From assembly GCF_964204645.1 (NCBI RefSeq), contig NC_134029.1:1550001-1614000 (forward strand): a stretch of 64,000 bases of DNA, read 5' to 3'. The notes under the pieces were generated by a model. That model saw only the letters and a list, made by a program, of their open reading frames with translations, searched no databases and was not told where the DNA came from. The stretch comes from Tubulanus polymorphus. Lineage: Eukaryota; Animalia; Nemertea. Below, one piece after another: positions 37,696 through 50,100 of this stretch (its first letter is position 1; each line of letters begins with the position of its first letter). Position numbers and translations under genes: made by a program.

Positions 37696-39648
37696 ATGCC
37701 AGGAGGCAAGTTTTCGCTTTTTAATATCAAATTCTGAATTGATCGAATGTAAAAATCATCCAACAATGATTTCCGGATTATTTCAAGAATGGCCTAATAA
37801 AAATAACGATGGATTAAACATTTATTTTAGTTGAAATACGCGTTTGAATCGCGACGCAGTCTGCGACTATTTCGCCATCTATCGGCGAACAGAAAATTAC
37901 CTTATTTATAACTCCTAATATCTCATTTTGTGTCTGATTTTAAGTATCGAATTTCATTTGATGTAATCTTTGTGTGTAAATCTACAAAATAGAGCCGATA
38001 TTTTAAGCAGATTTCGTTTAAAACGCTCTTAAATGCCCCTGGTCCATAGCAATATCGCCGAACGCTGTCAGTAGATGGCAGCACCAGATGGCTTTGTCTG
38101 ATTTCGTGAATTAGCTCGTTTTATAAAACGTTTGAATTAATATGAGTTAGTTTGATTTAGATGCCATATTATCATAGCCCCAAAATGGCCATAACTGAAT
38201 AAACAATTCTGATCTGTTAAATTAAACTTTTATTAGTAGTTTGAATGAGATGCCTACGTGGATGGTATGTGATTTGGATTATTAAATTTTTATAGGTCGA
38301 CAGTATCGTAAAAGACGCAAACCGGTAATAGATGAATTGATAGATATTCCTGGAGATGTGATGACGTTACAGATGAACGATCGATCGGATATTGTAAGCT
38401 CATTAGATCTTGCTCCACCGACTAAGAAGTTGATGCGCTGGCGCGAAACAGGAGGCGTCGAAAAACTCTTCTCACAATCAGGACGTCGCTTTCTGTCCAA
38501 ATCTCTACCAGAGGTATTATTAACCAATTGATGAAACAGGCAGGTTTTGATTGAACGTATTCTGGTTAAGGGATCACAAACTCTACCAGCCTTCTCTCTG
38601 GTTAACAGATTGTGATATTCCGAAATAGGAACAAATCGAAAGCTTTCTTTAACTCTGTTTTAGCAATGATTTAAAAATCCCATGCTTAAAACGAAAAAGT
38701 CTGAAATGTTTCTCGAGCTAATAGTTCATTCAACAGGTCAAGAAAACTATTCAAACTCTTATTCCTTCCTAGTGTGAGATTTTGTATTATCTAAGGAGAG
38801 AGAAAAATTTGACTAATTCAAGGATTCAATAACGTGTTATACTTTAATTGTCTTTTTCATTGAAGCTTTTTCTGAGGAACCTCACAACAATTATTGATCA
38901 AGAACCGGAGAATGCAACATTTGAGGATGTAGCTGAGGTGTTTAACGAGGATGAAACAGCGAATGGAAGTGACCAGGAACAAACTCATCCATCAGGTATA
39001 GATCACACACGACCCCCCGGTTTTACAGATTATCAGTTGAGAAAACTATAAAAGCGAGACCAATCATGAATCCTACTTAGATACGTAGATGTTGGCAAAA
39101 GGTTACATCATCTTCATGTCTTAAGCAAACAAGTGTGGAGGAATCTACCATAGCATTTTGTGTCATTGGGCAATCTTAGTCATTCTATACCAACTGGGAA
39201 CCTTTAGAAATTCAGCCACCATCCATTTTATATTCGGAAGTTTAGTAGAGTCAGAACATTCAAAATGGGCTCATTTATCAAGAACTATGGAATTAGATTT
39301 CGGATTAGGAAAGAGGATCCCAGTCAATCCAAACACGAGACATTGAATCAATCATGAATTCTAGTTAGATGCAGACCCCAGTTCAACAATGTTGTCACTT
39401 AAACGTTGAATTGGAGAACTGTGGAACTGAAATGTGCTTTCAGTTTTATTAATATCATACTCTATATTTTGCAGACACTCTTTTTTGTTTAGAATTAAAG
39501 CGTGAACCCGGAGAATGTGAGTACATCATAAATTTGAACTCAATCTATAAAGATATTTGAATGTATCTTGAATCGATTGTGATTTCTGAATTTTTTTTAT
39601 CTAGTCGGACAAACGCTGGTTATAAAAACAGAAAAACTTCATCAGTAA
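37696..39648 (+). CDS. Short (~147 aa) spliced ORF containing only the central STAG/SA-binding segment of RAD21; proposed exons 37696-37705, 38296-38513, 38866-38995, 39475-39516, 39605-39648
   Basis: [55 protein letters not shown]...LFLRNLT matches RAD21 KRKRKLIVD...[28 protein letters not shown]...LFTRCLT; exons sum to 444 nt in one frame; first intron GC-AG (AG/GCAAGT). Confidence 0.7.
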
Positions 39649-39650
39649 CA

Positions 39651-42600
39651 ATGAATGAGGATCAGTTGAGGGAGGTTTATAACGATATCAGTGAGGGAAG
39701 AATCAACGACGAAAACCTTCGATTTCTAAAAACAGTTTGCAGCAAATCGGTTGAAGGTAAAATTGATAAAGAATCGTAGGCAGTTGTGCAGTTGTATGGT
39801 TGTAAAAATATGAAAATTCATCAATTTTTATTTCTTTTTAAACAGGAATTTTAGTAAACAGAAAATTTAGTTTATTATTCCTGACAACATTAATGGAGGT
39901 ATTTGAATCTGAGTCTACTTTAGTTCAAGGATTCATTTCTGCTCCTGAAGTTTTGACATTTCTGGTGAGTTTTGTGCTGACAACTATTTCTTATGTTTTA
40001 TGAAGTAATATTTTGAGATTAATGAAATGTTGTTGTTTTTTCAGGTAACTGAATTAGAAAACAGTGATAAATTTATATCATACAGCGCTTGTAAAGCTTT
40101 AGTGTGTTTATGTCAAATCTTATCAGAAGTAAGTAGAAATCACCTCCATTTTATGTTCTCGCTTTTCATATAAAATGAAGGTAATTTAGAGAATGTTTTG
40201 TTGTTTATTTAGAAGGATCAAATCAGCAGAGTGGTGACTACTGTATGTCAGTTTACTGCACAATCAACTACGACCAGTATTCAAATACAGTTAGATCTGG
40301 CTGTGAAATTCTTGTCATCTGATTTCAAAAACGAAGGTGCGTTGAAATATTGTCGTGGTTCCAAACTCTTTTTAAGTCATCCGATTTGAGCCTATCTTTA
40401 TGTTGATGCCATAAATCCAAATGACGACTAACACTTGTTGATTGATTTGGAAATATAAACGGAGAGACTGGTGGGATGACTTATATGATGGCGAAGTGAG
40501 TTTGACTGTATTATAGCAGCAAAGCTTCTATTAATGCTTCTATTAATTAACAAAAAACTTAATGAATTCATTGCCCAAACTAGCCGGCTTTTACAGCCCC
40601 CAAAATTCCATCTAAGAAATATTTCTTTTTTGCAGTTTTTCAGAAAGGTTTCATCGATGTGTTAGTGACGAACTGGAATCGTGTTGTTAATTCTTCTCTC
40701 TTGGATCAAACTATATCAAATTCGTATACTCGACTGATCTTCATGAAACTGTGGATGAAAGCCTGTAAAACAGGCTTCAAAATAGAGGCGCATTTAAAAA
40801 CTACCGTTAAAAACAATGAAGCGGATTCTTGTGAAAGTGTAAATAGTTGTTTTATCGATTTAGTTCGGTTTCCGTATAAACGACGAGAGACGTTATTGAA
40901 TATTTTACTGACGTCTGATGACAGGATGTTGTGTTTTAACGTAATGAATGTCTTACTGTTATACTTCGATATCGCGGCGAAATCTTACGTCGAATCGGAT
41001 CACGATCGAGATTATCTCGATCTGTCGTCGAAAGTCGTTGAGATTTGTAACGATGAGGAACGTGGTTTTATGGATTTACCGTACCACAGCGGATTTATCG
41101 GATTCGGTGGCAGTCAGTGTAGTAGGGATACGGAGTGGAAACCGGATTCACAGCTGTTGAGGAAAGTTTGTCTGTTAGTTCTACGAAGCTCGCAACTACA
41201 ACTGACAAAATCAGGTCAGTCTTTTATACATCTCTTAACAGGGTGGCGCCATTGACCTGTAGAAATCTGGGAAAACTCGGGGAATTTGACAAATTTTGCC
41301 AAAAACTGGAGATCAGTGAGTGTGAAAAAATGGAATTAGTAAGTGGGTGGAAACTGGCTGTCCTGCTTTAGTTAAAAACCTATATTTATCATTTTATGTA
41401 AACTTATTTCTGTATTTCATTTCTAGTTTCTGGCGACTCGAGTCTCGTATCTAAATGTCTGAATCGGCTCGAAATGTTGTTGAAAACCAAAGTGAGAAAC
41501 GATGAAGATTTCCAGACGAATCTGCTGCGTGTATTCGCTGATCAAGATAATGCTTTGATTGATTGTATGTTGATTCTACTTGATCTACACATTAAAATTA
41601 CTACAGCACGGTCAGTATTAGAGGATATTCCAGAATATACCTCCAAAACACAGTTTGGTGTCAACTCAAACGTTTATACATGAGACCTTAAGAGTCAAAC
41701 TTTAAAATATTGAACAGGGGTCAGTCACTGGGTTGTTTTCAGGCTTTTTACCTGGGTCTTCAAGACTCATTTCTACAGTTGTTGTTGTTTTTTGAATTTG
41801 GCTATGAGTTGAAATTAGCTTGTTAACCCTTACAGTGCTGACTAATCAATACCCTATAGTGCTGGAGATAATTTGAAAATTTTGAAAAATTCCGCCATAG
41901 TGTGTTGAATAATGGGCATACCACTATAGTGCGTACTAGCAAAATCCATCACCAATTCATACACTGCACTGCGGTGTAGACGCATGGCGGTGTAGACGCA
42001 CTGAAAGGGTTAAGTTGAAAAGTCAAATGAGAACTCACAATTGTGAAACTTATTCCTGATAATAATGATAGTAGTTTTGATGGATTTTATTTTGTTTTTC
42101 AGACCGGATGAACTCAAACACCTGAATCCTCACGGAATATTCATCAAATTTCTAAAGATAATACTGTACGATCAATCGGTATTGTTAGATTTTGTGACAT
42201 CTCCCGAAACAAGTTTTCTGGAATATTTAGTCAGGTATCTGCGCTATGCTATCACTGATTGGTACAATTTCGTTGATTTTCATAAAACGTGTAAGAAAAC
42301 AAATTCATCGGATACAGAAATTCATTCATCGGAGAATAATCCGAATTCTCATAAAACCGATGATTCTTCGGAATCAGACGATGAAAGTTTTAATCTTGTA
42401 AAACGTGTTTGCCGTGATAGAGACTTCGATCCATCTTCATTGAAATGTGAAGATGACAGTAACAAGGCACAGGAAACTGAGTCTAGTGTTTTAAACGGTG
42501 TACAGTCTGAGAGTGTGTCGAATTTATTACATCTAGAAGCCTATGAAAGTTCTAGCTCTGATGACGACGAGGAAATAGTCAAACATCCGGCTGACGATAC

Positions 42601-42724
42601 GATGACTTGTTTGATAAGATTACGTATGAAATTAGGGAATCTAAATTCGCATGATTTAGTGCCATTTAATGTAAAACCACTCATTAAACTTATTGAGAAA
42701 TGTGAACATCTTTATGAGCAATAA
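39651..42724 (+). CDS. LINS1: Protein Lines homolog; exons approx. 39651-39757, 39846-39964, 40045-40128, 40212-40337, 40636-41214, 41427-41609, 42103-42724
   Basis: FIGFGG..LLRKVCLLVLRS, VFADQDNALIDCM, NPHGIF..YDQSVLLDFVTSPETSFLEYLVRYLR (Lines_N); CLIRLR..LVPFNVKPLIKLIEKCE (Lines_C). Confidence 0.9.
41823..42013. mobile_element. piggyBac-type MITE with TTAA target duplication in a Lines intron
   Basis: ttaa-cccttacagtgc ... gcactgaaaggg-ttaa. Confidence 0.85.
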
Positions 42725-43718
42725 TAGAATTTTTCTGCACTTGTTCTCAGACTATTCAACTATTTGTGTATGGTTCTATTCTACCATTTAGATCTTATCT
42801 CCACAATGTGTATATAGTGAATGTTGAATAAGAAAACTGGAGAATATCAAATGTTTGTAAATATATATGATTTTAGGCATGTAATACAAAATTGATAATA
42901 CCATAATTATGATTTTTCTGGCATCAATAAATTATTTTATCTCAATACAAATCATTTTTTTGTCGTGGTGTTATGTTTTCGTACGATTATCTTGATGTCA
43001 TCTACTTGACTGATCCGTAGGAACCCTGCCTAGATATTTTTCATTGCTTCAGGATCCAGTTAGAGTTAACTCAAGTAAAAGTCCTATTGCCGACACCGTT
43101 AAGTGCTGCCTCTATTTATATGAGTTTTTATGAAAATCTGCCTATTGCCGGGGTTTTATTCTTCGATCATGCACTAGACTCCACTCTGGTTAGATCAGGG
43201 ACCGTTAAGACGTGACTGACTGCAGTGACTCGGAGTTGGAATTTGATATTGTTCAGCTGGCTACAGGCGCGTATTCAACCCGGCAATCGAACACTCGATA
43301 AACTCATGGACGTATAAACTAGTTCTCTAGAATAGAGAGACACAATTGCGGTTTTTCAGAGTTATTGATATCATTCGCACGCGCTATTAATCACGATTGG
43401 AATACGAAACTATCGGCCACAGGGGCCTGACACAAAATGTTTTTTGACCCAGTATCCTAGGTACTATATATAAAAATAACCACCAGACTGAAACATCCAT
43501 GCTGGGCTAACCACGATACAAAAGAGCTATCTTAACTTTTGCAGCGAGAGGTACAAACAAAGAAACTCCATCGACAATCTCCTTGCCTTAAAGTCTGCGG
43601 AAACCACCAATTAAGTATTCAAAACGCTGAGAAAGCCTGGGCAGACAAATTTGAATACTCTGCATGCAAACCCAGGTGAAATTTGGTCAACCTTCCGAAC
43701 AATGACCAAAAAATCAGT

Positions 43719-43967
43719 TTAAGACGAAAGACCGCAGTCATCAAAAATCATCTTAATAAATAACAACCAGAGCTGGCGCATAAACATATCATTGAAATAC
43801 AAATTAAAAAATATTTTATAGAGAATTGATCTAAGTTTAGTTTGTTTGCACGAAATCGTTTCAACCCAAAAATTAATCATTCTACGCTTTACCCCAATAT
43901 ATACAGGATAACGTCCTAACTCCGCTAATACTCGCAGGCAATGATGGGCATATTTCGTAACTTTCAT
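43719..43967 (-). mobile_element. Fragment of non-LTR retrotransposon ORF2 (region C-terminal to RT)
   Basis: VLAELGRYPVYI..KRRMINFW...WLLFIKMIFDDCGLS, typical of L2/CR1-clade LINE ORF2 tails. Confidence 0.7.
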
Positions 43968-44725
43968 GATTAGTTGCTGGTTTTTACTAAATTTTCGATG
44001 TGCGCAGGGTACTTGCTCACTAGCAACTAGTTGTCTCCAGTCGCTTTGTTGATGTGCGCTAGGATTTAGTCTGAATACCAGTCGTTGTTACCGGTTCCCT
44101 ACGTTTGTAGAACGACGGCAAGGTATTAGACTAAGCAGATCTAATCTACAGTTCACCCACAAACTTCAAATATAGCCCTTGTGCATTTCCCGCATAGCAA
44201 TCGATTTTCATTTTATGTTAACCACATGGCGTGTCAGGCCCCCGATATGACATGACATGCATCGGGGCTTGTCACGCCATGTACAGCGGTTCTTAAGAAT
44301 ACCGTAAATGTCTCTAGTACAAAAATAAAACAAGTTTGTATGAACTAAATAAAATATATTTTACGACACGGCATGAAGCCAGTATCAATTCAGTGTCTAC
44401 TCAGTTGCAGTCGTAATATATAAAGAATTTAGATAAATATTTGTTTGTAATTTATCTCATATCAAGATTCTATTAATTAGAATTAGGCCTACTCTCATCC
44501 GCCGCGGCCCTACTTATTTAGTCGGCCTACTTAGTCAGTAACCTGACTGTGGTTAAGTTTCACGATCGGATATTTTCACAAACCACAAGTTGGTATAAGC
44601 CCATCCGAATATAAAAAGCTAACCACCAACGAATAGGTAACTAACTAGGCCCTACTCTGCTAGCCTACTCAGTACTCGTCTTTCAAACATAATTTCACTT
44701 GCAGGATCTGTGATTGTGAACAAAA

Positions 44726-46009
44726 ATGCTTCTGGTGCCTCGGAATCGAGCTTATACAAGAATAATCAGTCGAATGAACACTGGATATTCATTTATACTA
44801 TCATCACTAATATCGGCTAGTTTATTAAGCAATATGGCGACCAGCTCAACCTCGGGCGCTGAAAATATCTCGAAAAAGTTGAAAAATGTTATCGTTTTCG
44901 GTGGAAATGGATTTATAGGTGGCGCCACCGTGCGACAGTTAATCGCGAGTTCAAAATACGACGTAACAATCGTGAATCGTGGCAGTTGGAACTGGGATTC
45001 ACGAGACAATATTAAACCCCATGTTAGACATATTAACTGCGACCGTTACGGTGAGGGTTCGATCGGCTATGTGTGTCCGGAACTGGTTAAACTGGTCGAT
45101 TCAATCGACTCGATTCATGCGGTGGTCGATTTCAGCGCGTACGAGAGTCGAGTCATCGTCGACGCGGTGAAATTATTAACCCGTAAACCGGTCGGAGTTT
45201 ATATCTACATCAGTTCCGATTCGGTTTACGAGGTTTGTAATAAAACTCACGAGAATCCGTCGATTGAGACTGACGCCGTACGACCGGAGAACGCGGCAGA
45301 ACGAGAACGACTGAATTTATTCGATTCTTACGGGCATCGAAAACTTGAAGGCGAAGAGGTTCTGTTGAAAATGCGGGCGAACGATGGTCCTGCATACGTG
45401 TTTTTACGCTTACCCGATGTGATCGGTCCACGCGACTCGACCGATCGCTGGTGGATCTATCAACTGTGGATAAAGCTATCGGCGTACACGCGTGAACCGG
45501 TGCGATTGCCGCGGTCCGTGTCCGGGGAACCGCTTAGTTTCGTTTACGTAAACGACGTAGCGCGGTGCATCGCAGGGATCGTCTCGACCCGAGATAAAAC
45601 CGTTTATAACGAGGCGTATAACCTAGCGTTCGACGAGACGGTGTCTTTAGAACAACTGCTCGAAATGATCCGAGACAATCTCGTAGAAACGCAAACTAAA
45701 TTCATTTACGACGAAGACGTAGAGAAGGAGTTTTATTTGTATCCGTCGGTGACGAAAGGCCCGATCGATATAGCTAAAGCGCGGCGGAAATTAAACTGGA
45801 AACCGACGTCGCTTGAAGACGCCGTTCGACAAACCGTTCAGTTCTACGAGAAAGCGATGAAAAACGCGAATTTCAAACGAGAAATTAAAGAAATCGTGCG
45901 CAACCTTCGAAAAGACGTGTTTCATTCTAATACGTTGTTGTCTGCCGGTTTAGACGAATTGTACGGTTACAATTTACACGCGGAAAAACAAAAACATGAT
46001 GAACTTTAA
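44726..46009 (+). CDS. Intronless extended SDR / NAD-dependent epimerase-dehydratase (CSP41-like) with putative signal peptide and C-terminal HDEL; start may be the second Met (MNTGYSFIL)
   Basis: VFGGNGFIG Rossmann motif, VNRG, VVDFSAY, YIYISSDSVY, YGHRK (YxxxK), LRLPDVIGPRD, SFVYVNDVA; ends KHDEL. Confidence 0.9.
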   Translation: MLLVPRNRAYTRIISRMNTGYSFILSSLISASLLSNMATSSTSGAENISKKLKNVIVFGGNGFIGGATVRQLIASSKYDVTIVNRGSWNWDSRDNIKPHVRHINCDRYGEGSIGYVCPELVKLVDSIDSIHAVVDFSAYESRVIVDAVKLLTRKPVGVYIYISSDSVYEVCNKTHENPSIETDAVRPENAAERERLNLFDSYGHRKLEGEEVLLKMRANDGPAYVFLRLPDVIGPRDSTDRWWIYQLWIKLSAYTREPVRLPRSVSGEPLSFVYVNDVARCIAGIVSTRDKTVYNEAYNLAFDETVSLEQLLEMIRDNLVETQTKFIYDEDVEKEFYLYPSVTKGPIDIAKARRKLNWKPTSLEDAVRQTVQFYEKAMKNANFKREIKEIVRNLRKDVFHSNTLLSAGLDELYGYNLHAEKQKHDEL

Positions 46010-46731
46010 ACGCAGCAGGCATTTTACGCGTAGTCCCAAAATTCACAGCAAATAATCTGACTTTAAGGTTAGACTAAAAGCACTTTAAGTGGGTCCTGGT
46101 TTTTGGTGACTGATGTATTGTAAAGTACATTTGACCTCAGTTGAGTCATCATCAATAAGTCGTTAGATGGTTTGAGTCCTTTGTATTTCTAGTTCAATAT
46201 ACTAAGTCGTTAATTGTGTCAACATAATGATAGTCTCAGCTATGTCGACTTACGCGAGTCTGATTATGATTAAAATTCAGTATCAGTATTTATAATGATG
46301 ATTCTGCTGCAAATTATTCAAAAAAGCTGAATTATGATTAAAATGCTTTATATTCACTGAAACATTGCTATGTATTCTTATAAAGATTATATTTTTAGGT
46401 AAATAGTTAGAACTCATATCAGCTTGGTGTTCGCGATGACTTTAATTAGGCTTATGCAATTTAGTTTTGTATACCGCTTATTGTTTCTAATGATTAACAT
46501 TGAATATGAAATGTATATTTTTATAATGTTCTTAAGTATGTAAAGATCATAAGAGAATAAAATGTTTAATCAATTTACCCATATAGAAAATATGAATTAT
46601 AGTTATTCGATTGTTTTGTTATTTCCACGAAGAATCGCACCAACTGGGAAAAATAATAATCATCATGGATACTTTTCGCAATACACTGCATACTAAACTA
46701 TATAAAACTTGAAAAAAAATTTGATGTCAAT

Positions 46732-46804
46732 CGTCCGCGACAGGACTCGAACCTGCAATCTTCTGATTCGAAGTCAGACGCCTTATCCATTAGGCCACGC
46801 GGAC
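46732..46804 (-). tRNA. tRNA-Arg (anticodon TCG)
   Basis: gtccgcgtggcctaatggataaggcgtctgac-TTCGAA-tcagaagattgcaggttcgagtcctgtcgcggacg; 73 nt cloverleaf with A and B boxes. Confidence 0.96.
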
Positions 46805-47148
46805 AACTGGTATTGATGGTCGTCGATTCGGTTCAAATCCCAAAATTATCCGATTTGCATTATTCAGTCGCTGCGCTAGACTTTCACTTTCTCAAAGGGA
46901 AGAAATTAAAAAATAAACATTTATGAGTTGATGATTAATGGCTGAATAGATATTATCAGCACGTGTTATCTTAGTTTTAATTCGTTATCTTAATTTTGAC
47001 CTCAATCTTTGACCAGTTATATCTAGTTTTCGAAGTGACGCAGTGAAATCACGTTTCACGTCGAAAGTCGGTTGAAATATTCCACTGGATTTAAATTATT
47101 GTTTAGGCAACGCATTTTGCATAGTGTTTTAAGAGACTAAAAGAAACA

Positions 47149-50100
47149 ATGGGAAGTGACTATAGAGATGAAGAGGAGACAATACTCGATGGAAAAACTG
47201 ATAATCACACTAATACAGCGAATACCGGAATTGATTATGGTGCAATCAAATTAGAAGGAGGCCAGTATATTACAGTTTTCTCTGCAATTGTAAAGAGGAT
47301 CAAAATTTGCACAATCGTTTCAATATACTGAATTATTTTTTTATAGAATGATGGATTAATCTACCTCACTCAAACAATCAATTCCTTAACTCAAACAATC
47401 AAATCCTGGGCCCAGTTCCACAGTCGTGAGAAATAGTTAACTCTAAGTTCATTTTCACTATTCAAATTTAACTCAAACTGTGGAACTGGGTCATGTTTGT
47501 TTCTTCGTTTTAAAAATTGTAAAAACGTTTTATATTATTAGATATGAGCAAAAATTCATAGTCTTTATGAATTTTTGATATGAGGAATAGATTGATCATA
47601 AGTGATCATCGCACAAGTCAATAAGAATGCGTACCGCGTACACAGATTAGATAAACCCTAAACTACTATTCGAATTTTATATATACAATAGTCAAGTGGT
47701 TTCAATGACGTTAATCTTTTTTTTTCATTCGATGAATTACCGCAGTAAAATTCCATTTCTAAATTCAGTGAAAAACCTATACAGAACTTACTTAGAGATT
47801 GAACCACTTTTTTCACTTGTGATATTTGTCTTCCAGCTTCCTGATTTTCAATGGGATAGACTTGTTTCAGGCAACAGTAATTCTTTTTTTACCTGTCATT
47901 ACATTTCATACTCAATTATCTCATTTTGAATTAATTTGATTCAATTTCTGGACGCCTAAATTTTACAATTACAGACGAATTTGTCGTCACTGATTACAAT
48001 GAAGAGAATTCAAGTTGTAAATGCTGTAGGTTTTTGCCACATTGGTACAAAGAAGAAGCAAAAGCCTTGACGAAACTTGCCTTACCGATGGTACGTCGTA
48101 CTTTAGGTTCTAACCGACCAAAATTGAATCAAACCCGGGACACCAGTCCCGCAAATCAATAGTGTTATCAATCCAATTGGTCTATATATATTTTGATTTT
48201 TACAAAAAAAGGTGTTCACCTCACTTTTCAACTTTTTGATGGGTCCGATCAGTTTGATATTTTGTGGTATGTTGAGTACAGATGAACTCGGCGGTGCAGC
48301 ATTAGCAAACACGGTATCTATAATAATCTATGGAGTATAAAAAACTTTCAAGTTCTGCAGAGGGATCATGAATAGATCTGTCATTACTCATTCATCATTT
48401 GTTTAGGTGATAAATGTATTCGGTATTGCTCCTGCATCGGGTATGGCAACTGCAGCGGATACGCTTTTCTCTCAGGTAAATAACTTTGAATTTCGATATA
48501 AATCTCAATAGAAATTTTATGTATATAGAATATTCCCATTAGAATTAAGGGTAGAGTGTTGTGGATGAACCGCGTTAACCTGGTGTCGAATCAGTTGCCT
48601 GTTGAAACTGATCTCGAAAGCTCCTACTTTTAATAAGAATGATAACTGCCAGAAAGTATTGTAAACCATTTCGTTGTAATTTGATTTGGTTGTGGGTGTT
48701 ATTTCAGACGTACGGAAGCTCAAACAAGAAGAAAGTTGGCATTTATTTACAAAGAGGTAACATACGATAATCTGTAGGATTCACAATTAATCGCATTGAT
48801 ATTTCAGGTCAAAAATGTCAAAGACATAATTCAGAATGTTCTTTATTTTTTCAAATGTATTTCAAGCTTTGCTGTTAGTAAGTTTATTGATATTACCATG
48901 CTGGGCCGTGCATCTCAACATAGGATCAATATTCGTTCTCATTGGTCAGGATCCGAAGGTTTCCGCGTAAGTATAGGTGCCTAAATCTATCGAATTATCA
49001 ATCATATATTTTGACGGATGAATCAATTGAATTTTTATTTCTTATAATCATCTACAGAATAGCCGCGGACTATGTTGTATATTTCATGCCTGGGCTGTTT
49101 GTAAGTATCAGAAAATACATAAACAGATGCTATCAAAATCATACGTAGATTTTTCAAATGGGTTTTGATTGTTTGTTTGTTTCAGTTTAACTACATTTAT
49201 CAAGTACTTCAAAAATATCTCTACAATCAAGTAAGTGAAATTAGCACCGTCCACATCGTTATTTCTAACACAAATATAATCACTGTCACTAAGAGATATT
49301 TATTCATTGCAGAATGTGGTGATTCCTACAATTATATTTGGAGTAATCGGAACGATTGTGAATGTAGTATCTCACGTGATTCTGTTAATAGTTTATGATT
49401 ACGGCACCAAGTAAGTTACGTATGATTACAATTCGCAAGCATTTCTTCATTCACGGTAGAAAGTTTCGTCAAATTTGAAAAACAAATGCGTAACCTCTCA
49501 ACTAGAATATATATGTTGGTACGAAAGTTGAATATCTAAATTTTCTTCAGTGGTTCCGCAGTTTGTCAGGCGATGGCGTTTTTTTCGATGTTAGTATGTA
49601 TACTGGTATATATCGTGTGGTCCGGTATATACGAGGAAACCTGGTCAGGTACGTAAGATACATATTTTATATCACGTGTGAAATCATCGTGAGATTGATA
49701 AACAAATCGAAGCCAGTCAGTAGCAAATAACATAATTCTTAATGATACCCTGATGTTTGAAACAAATGACACGACCCCCAGAGAAAACAAAATTAGTAAA
49801 CATGTCGATTATAAGCCCTATTGGTATCACATGGAGCACGGAGCTTAGTGGTGGTATCATTAGTGGAGCACAGAGCCTGCACCCAAATACCAATTTGAAT
49901 CCACCTGAAATATTTTCTTGATTTTCTAGGTTTCTCTATGGAAGCATTCCAGTGTTGGGGAGAATTTTGTCGAATTGCGATTCCTGGTTTACTGATGATA
50001 TTCATAGAATGGGGATCATTCGAAGTGGGAACTATTCTAACAGGTAACGTTATATATACCATAGGACACTATTTCTGAATTTCTCAATTTCTTAAGGTAT

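Noticed and set aside
38296-42724. In-frame RAD21-Lines fusion protein
   Set aside because: All visible donors enter the 39605 acceptor in phase 1 and stop at 39646; the Lines frame would need phase 2
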